Shown here: positions 31,437 to 39,372 of the stretch, piece by piece | How positions within the stretch are numbered: position 1 is the first letter of the stretch | Layout of the letters: each line of letters begins with the position of its first letter | NCBI GenBank assembly: GCA_051546255.1 | Contig: CP128821.1 | Location: forward strand, 496,001 to 560,000 | DNA length: 64,000 bases | Direction: 5' to 3' | Origin: Meyerozyma guilliermondii | Taxonomy: Eukaryota | Program-made: the position numbers and the translations under genes | The notes under the pieces: model-generated | Told to the model about the DNA's origin: nothing | The model's input: the letters and a program-made list of their open reading frames with translations, nothing else | Databases searched by the model: none

Positions 31437-31875
31437 TACTGGCGTACTATGATTCTGGCTCAATTTCGGCGATTGCGGTCCCATATTTTGCACAGTGGTT
31501 CTACACACTGCTAGCAGTACAGAGCTGTAATTTGGTGTCTTGGCGATGCATGGCTCCCAAAAACATCGATGGCCACTGATCGGCTTATCTTCTGTCATTA
31601 CGCACGGCCCTGTCAAATAGTGCGTCGTGCATGCCATCCATACACCGCTAGTGTCGGCAAGTGGGACAGATAAGCCGAAAAGCAACTTTGGACAAGACAT
31701 AGAAGGACCCGATACAACCTTGCTTCAAGCCTCTGTAATCTCAAATTAGAACGGTGGAGATTTGTCGCTTGACTACGCCGGGGAGCACCGACGACCACCG
31801 ACGCTGTGGCTTGGATGCAGTCCGCCGATCTTATCTTTTTCGCAGCCATTCTACCAGGATCCATAGTGAGTTGTA
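31437..31875 (+). ncRNA. Candidate structured non-coding RNA (family unidentified)
   Basis: At least six properly nested long-range helices found by eye (see findings). Non-Watson-Crick pairs are mostly G-U on the + strand, and there is no credible ORF. Confidence 0.5.
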
Positions 31876-32725
31876 ACGGGGTACGGCTCTGAAACTTGGG
31901 TATTTGTGCCATTCTCTGGTAATGCGTTCTTGGTCGTGTGTCATATGCCTGTCAAGCATTCTTGGCTAGATAATATTCAACCTGAGTCAAAGCCACAATG
32001 AGGCTTACAACCCACTATAAAACTGGTTGATGAAGCAAATAAAATCTATAGACGTTTATTTCGAAATTTTCAACCGACTTCGAGTAGAATGCAATTTGCA
32101 CGACTACTAACAGTAAATCGCAATGAGTTTACAATAAACTTTTGGGGTGTTGTCAGTATCAGCATTAAGCGAGGCAATGGTGACGAACCGGAGATCAGAC
32201 AAAACGAAGAGGGAAGGCAACATGCGGAATCAGACACCGTGAACGCTAAATAAGCAGTGCCGGAAATCGGAGGATAAACCTATTTATAGCGTAGAAACTG
32301 CTGTGGTGAATGAACTTATATCTACTTATGTAATAGGTAAACACATCTAAAGTAAGATATATGGATTTAGTCCATGTTGCTTATGTTAATATAGCAGAAA
32401 TAACATAATATATGCAATAATATGAGATTTGAAGATAAGTAATACGCTATTTCAGTGTTCAGTATCGATCAGGTGTCACGTTCCGAGTGTCACGTGTCTA
32501 CCCCATACACTTTCCCCAATCCGCGAACCCTACAAAGATAAGCGTACATTAGTCACTCTAGTAGATGAGTAACCACGAATAGAGGCTGATAAACGGTAAT
32601 ACAGTGGTTCTACAGTGGTATTTTCTCCTCGTGTTTAGCAACTTATTTTGCACAGCCACAAAAAGGACAAAATTGAAATCTCGCGTTGGTGGTGATTTTT
32701 GTGTTGTGGCGTATTTCGATCTATC

Positions 32726-34735
32726 ATGGAGAAACCAAAACAAAAGCTCACCCAGGTGACGGTCAACTTCTTCTTGAAGACGTCCCAAATGATCCTTCAA
32801 GCCAGAAGCTTGGATGAGCATGGAAAGGGAAAACTCAACAAATGGTTCAATTTACACACCTTCAACTCGGACGACTTACGACTGGAATTGCGGCTCTGGC
32901 GGTCCACAATTGACTTGACGGCAGTACCGCCTATGATCGTAGAGACATACTTGGATTTGGGCAACCTTCCTCAAGGACATACCCTTGCACTTAAGGATGA
33001 ACATGGCAACTTGTGGCCGGTTACAAAAGGCGGTTCCAAAAAGACAGAGGTGGTTTTGGAGAGATGGCTCGTTGAGTTTGATCCCAATGAGTTTGGAACC
33101 ATTGAAGAACTTCCCTATATCTACAAGCAGGCTATTATACTTTGCCGAAGCATATACACCATTATTCGCATTATGCCGGCTGCTCTGCTTCGGAACCAGC
33201 TGCCTCATTATGTGCTAGCGAACAAAATAGTGGATGGAAGCAAGCCCATAAGTCTGAAGGGACGAATTGGCCTTTCTAAAACCATAATACCGCACCAAAT
33301 GCTCACCGATACCCATGTACGGCACCGCACTTTTCTGCCCATAGAGACGCTGTTGGGAACGCTCAAGGTGAGCGTGGCGTACCGTAGTCACTGTGAGTTC
33401 ACGGAATTGGCCGAGTGGGATCATAGAGAGCTCGGAAGAGAAAAAGAGCCGAGAGAAGACCTCAGGCAAGTAGAAAGCAAAGGTGAGGAGGATCACAGTA
33501 TAGAGAGCATCCCTTATGAAGAAAAGGCGTACAAAACAGACGAAGAAAAATCAGACAAAACACCAGAACATGTCCAGTACAAGCCCTTCAAGCCGGAATT
33601 CAAGCAGCTCGAAGCGGTCAAACTCGAAGGGTCCGATTTCAAATCAGAGCTTCATGAAGGCACGTCGCCGCTTTCGCTTTCTGGCTCGCCTAGCTCACCT
33701 CCTAGAGACGACAAGAAACGGCCGTCCATCCAACCCTTCAGAGTTGGTTCTATTGGAAATCTGCCGCCTCCCGCCAGCTCGTCGCTTGAACGTCGCATCT
33801 CGATCACCAGCAACAAATCCACGTCGAACGCATCGTTGGCAGCTGTTTTGCGGAACCCTCGAAGCAGTTTTTCCATTCCTATTGCCGGTTCGATAGGTAC
33901 AGGTGCGCCGGTCACCGGTGGATTTCCTCGCTCTGTATCTCTGTCTCATGGTTACGGCTACGAGGACTCCGACAGTGCTGCCAATACCCCCAGATTTCTG
34001 TCGTCTTTTGGCTCTCGAGCCAGTCGAAGATTTTCCAATACTTCGGTGAGACACGGAAGTTTGCACGATACCACTTCGCCGCTCGGAACCAGTGCTGGAC
34101 TGGCTACTCTGATCCCATTGAGCGGTCTTTACATTGACGATGATATCAGTGATTTTGTGAGAATGATCGACTCGAAGCAAGACTTACGCTTTGGTCACGA
34201 CAGCGGCGGTCTGGGATCTCAGCTGGGGTCTCAGTACGAAGTGCTTAACCGGTTCCACCAGCTCAAGAGCCAACACCAACAACTTGGAGATAGTGTCAAT
34301 GCTAGCGTTATGATGCACCGCAAGTCTTCATCTCCGCCTGGATCTTACGAGTCTCACGTTCCGTCGATTCACTCAAGACTCCGCGAGTCTTCTGAACCAC
34401 ATCCTGCTCCTGCTACGGCACCAGCTCCAGGCCCGCTAATCAAACCAGCTTCGAAAATGATGTCTTCGCCGGTAATCTCGACAACTTCTGCCCATGCAAT
34501 GTCTCAGACAGCATCAGCAACTACACGCGATGAAATCGTGGGCTTGGCAACAACCCCATCTACTTATCGCAAGCACCTCCACTACGAAAATGTGTTTGAC
34601 GATGACGACGAAGACGAAGATCATCATGGGTACTTCAAGGCGAAAGCTCGGAGTAAGTCGCTTAGTAGAAGCCACTTTGACGACGACGATGATCTCTTGT
34701 TCACCATGAGCGACACCAACCTCGCCAAACACTAG
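32726..34735 (+). CDS. ATG13: Autophagy protein Atg13
   Basis: N-terminal HORMA region ('NFFLKT.Q.ILQAR', 'NKWFNL', 'PP.I.ETYLD', 'EVVLERW', 'YKQAI.L.R.IY'), disordered Ser-rich tail, 'DDISDFVRMID' and 'DDDLLFTMSD'. Confidence 0.93.
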   Translation: MEKPKQKLTQVTVNFFLKTSQMILQARSLDEHGKGKLNKWFNLHTFNSDDLRLELRLWRSTIDLTAVPPMIVETYLDLGNLPQGHTLALKDEHGNLWPVTKGGSKKTEVVLERWLVEFDPNEFGTIEELPYIYKQAIILCRSIYTIIRIMPAALLRNQLPHYVLANKIVDGSKPISLKGRIGLSKTIIPHQMLTDTHVRHRTFLPIETLLGTLKVSVAYRSHCEFTELAEWDHRELGREKEPREDLRQVESKGEEDHSIESIPYEEKAYKTDEEKSDKTPEHVQYKPFKPEFKQLEAVKLEGSDFKSELHEGTSPLSLSGSPSSPPRDDKKRPSIQPFRVGSIGNLPPPASSSLERRISITSNKSTSNASLAAVLRNPRSSFSIPIAGSIGTGAPVTGGFPRSVSLSHGYGYEDSDSAANTPRFLSSFGSRASRRFSNTSVRHGSLHDTTSPLGTSAGLATLIPLSGLYIDDDISDFVRMIDSKQDLRFGHDSGGLGSQLGSQYEVLNRFHQLKSQHQQLGDSVNASVMMHRKSSSPPGSYESHVPSIHSRLRESSEPHPAPATAPAPGPLIKPASKMMSSPVISTTSAHAMSQTASATTRDEIVGLATTPSTYRKHLHYENVFDDDDEDEDHHGYFKAKARSKSLSRSHFDDDDDLLFTMSDTNLAKH

Positions 34736-34844
34736 CATAAATAAGAAGCATTGCGTTCCACTGTTTTAAGCTCTTCTCTTCTCTACCCCGGACTTCCTGC
34801 ACACTCCCCTGTCACCGCGGTCCTATCAAGATGCGAATATAAAG

Positions 34845-36317
34845 ATGAAATCGCGGGCCATGTCACGCCCAATACGGCTGTATAAAGCTCCAAGGCTTCT
34901 CTTTCGTTCCCAGAGATTGTTCCATGGCTCATTGCGATGCCTAAAAACTCCTTTAGAAGAATATAACCATCGGGTCGAGACGAAAAAACTAAGGGACGAT
35001 GGCTACCAACGGAAAATCATCACCAATCTTTCCAAGTTGCACGAGAGATTATCGACTTACACTCCTCCCACGGTGGAGATACCGTCCATACTGTCATTGA
35101 AGCCGAAAATTGGCATCTCTGGAGCTTTCCGGAGCTTTTTTGGCAAGCTTACATCCTCGGCTCCAACGACGATTTCCACCGATGAAAACGTTGTCAAGGG
35201 AATATATTTATATGGTGATGTTGGTTGCGGCAAGACCATGCTCATGGACCTTTTCTACTCGACAATTCCTCCACATCTTGCCAAAAAGAGGTTTCATTTC
35301 CACCAATTTATGCAGCATTTGCACAAACGGTCGCACGAGCTTAAGACGAAATACCACGCTGATTTGGACGTGATTCCCATCTTGGCATCGGAAATTGCCC
35401 AGGAGGCGACGGTGCTTTGTTTTGACGAGTTTCAAGTCACAGACGTGGCCGACGCAATGCTTTTGCGTAGACTTTTACTGATGCTCATCAGCCCGCACTA
35501 TGGAGTGGTTCTATTTGCTACATCCAACAGAGCACCTGACGACCTCTATTTGAACGGAATTCAAAGGGTTTCGTTCATTCCGTGTATCCAGCAGATAAAA
35601 CGACAAACGGTGGTGATTTATTTGAACTCTCCAACAGACTACAGAAAGATACCTCGACCCATGTCTCTGGTGTACTACTACCCCAAACCAGGTGTCAAGT
35701 ACATGTCCAAGGCCAACCAGAAGAAGTGCAAGGAGCACATTGAGCAATGGTACGAATACTTCAACAAAGAAAACGATAATAAACTGCCCATTGTCAACGA
35801 TACCCTCGAGGTATGGGGTCGTAAACTTGTGGTTCCCATTAGTTCTCGTCCCTATGTGGCTCAATTTACCTTCCACGAGCTTTGCGGTAGCCCTTTGGCA
35901 GCGGGAGATTATCTCTCTTTGGCTAACTCATACCATTCTTTCATTGTTACCGATATTCCATACTTGAGCATCGATGTTAGAGATAACGTGCGACGGTTTA
36001 TTACATTTTTAGATGCTGTCTACGATGCCCGCGGCCGTCTCGCCGTCACAGCAGCAGCCCCCTTTAAGGACCTTTTCGTGGAACCCGAAGACTTGGCCAA
36101 AGACAATTATCTGCTCTATAAAAGACAACAAGATATCGGTGGGGAAGAGACATTTGAAAACGACGAGCTTGTTACTAAGCACGGATTTGATAAAAGTGTG
36201 GCTAAGAAGGCTGCGATGTTTGCTAACGACGAGGAAAAATTTGCTTTTGCCAGGGCCTTATCTCGTCTTTCCCAGATGAGCACAACCGACTGGCTAGACC
36301 AAGGAACCGAAAGATAA
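34845..36317 (+). CDS. AFG1: Mitochondrial AFG1/ZapE-family ATPase
   Basis: KGIYLYGDVGCGKTMLMDLF, LCFDEFQVTDVADAM, TSNRAPDDLY, RRFITFLDAVY and FAFARALSRL motifs. Confidence 0.95.
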   Translation: MKSRAMSRPIRLYKAPRLLFRSQRLFHGSLRCLKTPLEEYNHRVETKKLRDDGYQRKIITNLSKLHERLSTYTPPTVEIPSILSLKPKIGISGAFRSFFGKLTSSAPTTISTDENVVKGIYLYGDVGCGKTMLMDLFYSTIPPHLAKKRFHFHQFMQHLHKRSHELKTKYHADLDVIPILASEIAQEATVLCFDEFQVTDVADAMLLRRLLLMLISPHYGVVLFATSNRAPDDLYLNGIQRVSFIPCIQQIKRQTVVIYLNSPTDYRKIPRPMSLVYYYPKPGVKYMSKANQKKCKEHIEQWYEYFNKENDNKLPIVNDTLEVWGRKLVVPISSRPYVAQFTFHELCGSPLAAGDYLSLANSYHSFIVTDIPYLSIDVRDNVRRFITFLDAVYDARGRLAVTAAAPFKDLFVEPEDLAKDNYLLYKRQQDIGGEETFENDELVTKHGFDKSVAKKAAMFANDEEKFAFARALSRLSQMSTTDWLDQGTER

Positions 36318-36773
36318 AAATAGATTGTCGGACAAATTGCGGAATTAATCGGGCTCACAATTCGGGCTTATTTCGGCGCTTATTTGATTCCGAAAACATT
36401 TTTCAAGTCGATTGCCCTATGCTAAAGTGCATTTGACTTCTTCTCGGCTAAATTTGTCCTTCGTGCACATTTCATCTAAGCCCAGAAATTCGTTGTTACG
36501 AGCCCATGGTCGCTTCCCGAATCGTGTGTACTGCATATAGCCCAATTGGCGTTTGCTTCATAAACAAATTGCACAATATATACACATCTCCGTGAGTAGC
36601 GCTTAAATTGATTTTTTCTCGTTTGGGTGTTATAATTGTTGAATGAACTTTTTCGTACCACGGTAAACCATATCCAGTCCCTTCACTCGCTACAGAGGAC
36701 TAAACCTTCGTTTTTCTTAAGATCTATCATCGTCCATATTTTTTTCCGTTCCGTTTAATTCGCCAACTTTGCT

Positions 36774-39293
36774 ATGTCTCGACGTATAGACAACTACTAT
36801 GATATAACCCTATCCAGTGAGGCGTCTGGAGCGCTCACAAGCAAGAAAAAATACCCCAATAATTACGTTCCTCGCAGAGTAGCAAGCAGTGCTTCGTTCA
36901 CGGGAGACTCGAAACGACCAGGAGATTATTTTATTCAGAAACTCAGCAATAGTTCCATCAATTTATCATCAACCACAAACCAGAAAGGTGCACCTCGTCC
37001 GTTTTCGGGAGACTCCATAGTGTCTCTTCCGTCTTCTTACTCGGACGAAGTGTCTCTGCTGGGGTCATCTCAATTTGACGGTCAAGATTCCCGTCTCAGT
37101 TCGATGACTAGTCACTCGATCACCACGCCAGCAGACTCGCCTATGGTCAACAATAACCAGTTTCCGCGAAACGACGATAAGTCTCAAGACAGTTTAAAGT
37201 CGCAGAACGAGCTGTTCCACAATGACGAAGATCTTGCCTCCTCAGTTTCCACCATTACCCTTAAGAACTCAGGTGCCCCATACAACAACTCCTTGGAGTC
37301 CACTTCCTCGTTGACTTCGTCAGCACCGCACCCGGCGCAGCTTTCAAAGACAAGAGTCAAAGCTTCCTCAACTTCCAACATCTTGCGACGCGCACCTTCG
37401 GTGTCGTCCACTTCGTCACTTTCACTTCATAGAACCAAGTCGAAGTACTCGGACCCAAAGGAGGCCCGCGAGCGTCAACAGCGTCGGAAGAAAATGTACG
37501 AAGAGAATGAGAACGATGACGAAATACTATCGAATGATCTAGACTTGTTTTTCAATGTTCCTGTCATAAAGAACCATGCCGATATTTACCGAAAACCGTC
37601 GCTTTCTGCTCAGAATAAAAATGTGAGAATATCTCGTGAAGACCTCATCTCGAACAAAGACGACAATTATGGCTCACTACACCGCTCTGTTACCATGAAG
37701 CCGACACCACTTCCTCCAAATCTTACTTCGTTTGGCACGAATTCGAGTTTCAGCTCCACTTCCGATTTGCCAAACACATCCTTGAATTCCACGACCATCG
37801 CAGAACATAGCATAGAAGAGGAAGATGAGTCGAGAGAAGAGAGTACGTTTTCTGTATCGATGGACAGCGACGTGGCTATCACCCAGAACATATCTGATTT
37901 TTATAGCGACCGATCCGTATCATTTTTGCAAAGCGCTCGGAACGATCGAGATAACGAAGTGATGTATAAGCTTCCGCATTATGTCAAATCACAATCTTCA
38001 ATTGAAGACCTTCGACTTTTCTCTCCGGAAAAGCTTATTTTGGTAGATCAGAGTCGTCCCATTAATCTCCCACCAAAAGCAGAACTTGACAAGAGCAAAC
38101 ATGCCAGAGAGTTCCAGAAAGTTTTGTCCAACCTCGAGATTACTAGCAAATCCACCCTTGACTCTCGAAAAAAGCTCAGTGAATCGATGATTGTGCACAA
38201 CCAGCACTGGCTTAAATTGATCTTGAGTATTTCAGATGAAAAAGACTTGAAGAAAAAATTCAACGACGACAAAAATTCTATCAGAAGACTCAACTGGGAC
38301 TCGGTTTGTCCTGACAAATGCAAGTTTCAGTACTTGATGAAAGTGTTGTCGTACGATTCCGCAAAGATGGTTGAATTATTGTCATCTGGGTTCTTGTTAG
38401 CACAAGAAAAGGTGAGTAATCTTTCACCTTCGATGAAAGCGACCAAAACGTACGAGTTCACGGACGTTATGAACTCCGTTTTGCGGAAACCGTTGTATGA
38501 GTCTATCATGAAGGAAATGAGTAAAGATGACGTTGCGCTCTTTCGTGAAAACTACATGAAGTTGCTCTTTGCCTTTTCCCTCAGTGAGGACGAAGACAGT
38601 CTCCGCCGGCAGGACGAAATACTTCTCATTCCCGTGTTTCTTATCATGTTCCAGGACTCCGAGTCTTTGCAAAACATATACACCTTGATCAAGTTGATTG
38701 ATCGGAAAGTATTCAACCGGTTGTTTTTCCGTCAATTGGGCGACGTTCTTGAAAAGTGGTCCACTCGCTCTTTTCCCTCGTCCAGCCAGATATACAAGTT
38801 TCTCCGAAAATTTCACGATGCTGGAGAATTTGCAGATTTGAGTCCTTCTGCTTTCTGCGAGATGTTGACTCACATGAACGATAAGCTTCCGCTCAGTAAG
38901 TCGGCGCCCTCAACTCCCATCGTTGCACAATCAGGCTTCAATTTTGATGTTAAGCCAGCGGCTAATTTTTCACCCAAAACCAACTCCATTGATGGCGGCG
39001 AAGTTCGCGTCGAAGCTTCCTTGTGCATGAACTCTGCTGCTTTCAGCTTGGTATTCAAGCTCATTCAGCTCGTTGTAACATACTCATTTGCAACCAAGAC
39101 ACAAGGCAAGAATAATATGAAAGTTATTCAGAGTTTCTTGATGGTGGTGTTCAAATTTTATCACATCAACTGGAATGATTACCGCGAGCTTATTCGTTGC
39201 AACAAGAGTATCCGCATCAACAACACCGCCGACGCCACGACAAACTTGGACTCTTTCACCAGCAAATGGGTGGAAACTTTCAAGGTGCTTTAG
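36774..39293 (+). CDS. SBE2: Sbe2/Sbe22-family protein (Golgi/cell-wall traffic)
   Basis: Ser-rich N-terminus, 'DDEIL..D.DLFFNVP', 'SRPINLPPK...DK.KH..EF' and a helical C-terminal half. Family assigned from recalled motifs. Confidence 0.55.
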   Translation: MSRRIDNYYDITLSSEASGALTSKKKYPNNYVPRRVASSASFTGDSKRPGDYFIQKLSNSSINLSSTTNQKGAPRPFSGDSIVSLPSSYSDEVSLLGSSQFDGQDSRLSSMTSHSITTPADSPMVNNNQFPRNDDKSQDSLKSQNELFHNDEDLASSVSTITLKNSGAPYNNSLESTSSLTSSAPHPAQLSKTRVKASSTSNILRRAPSVSSTSSLSLHRTKSKYSDPKEARERQQRRKKMYEENENDDEILSNDLDLFFNVPVIKNHADIYRKPSLSAQNKNVRISREDLISNKDDNYGSLHRSVTMKPTPLPPNLTSFGTNSSFSSTSDLPNTSLNSTTIAEHSIEEEDESREESTFSVSMDSDVAITQNISDFYSDRSVSFLQSARNDRDNEVMYKLPHYVKSQSSIEDLRLFSPEKLILVDQSRPINLPPKAELDKSKHAREFQKVLSNLEITSKSTLDSRKKLSESMIVHNQHWLKLILSISDEKDLKKKFNDDKNSIRRLNWDSVCPDKCKFQYLMKVLSYDSAKMVELLSSGFLLAQEKVSNLSPSMKATKTYEFTDVMNSVLRKPLYESIMKEMSKDDVALFRENYMKLLFAFSLSEDEDSLRRQDEILLIPVFLIMFQDSESLQNIYTLIKLIDRKVFNRLFFRQLGDVLEKWSTRSFPSSSQIYKFLRKFHDAGEFADLSPSAFCEMLTHMNDKLPLSKSAPSTPIVAQSGFNFDVKPAANFSPKTNSIDGGEVRVEASLCMNSAAFSLVFKLIQLVVTYSFATKTQGKNNMKVIQSFLMVVFKFYHINWNDYRELIRCNKSIRINNTADATTNLDSFTSKWVETFKVL

Positions 39294-39372
39294 ACCACTT
39301 AATAGTAGTCGCTGGATTGTGGTTATTACTATAGTTCTATCTTATTGTAATCTTATGCATTTTATGAACCGC

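Noticed and set aside
31290..31912. ORFs 31290-31700 and 31613-31912 (-) as protein genes
   Set aside because: No recognisable motifs and the two ORFs overlap; the region is better explained by RNA-like structure.
31700..32010. RNase P/MRP (ACCCGATAC; ACAATGAGGCTTAC), SRP (GCTGTAAT), group I intron (GACTA/CAGTC) and hairpin/hammerhead ribozyme resemblances
   Set aside because: Only isolated short matches; the partner motifs (CR-I, helix-8 loop, P7 context, CUGANGA core) are missing.
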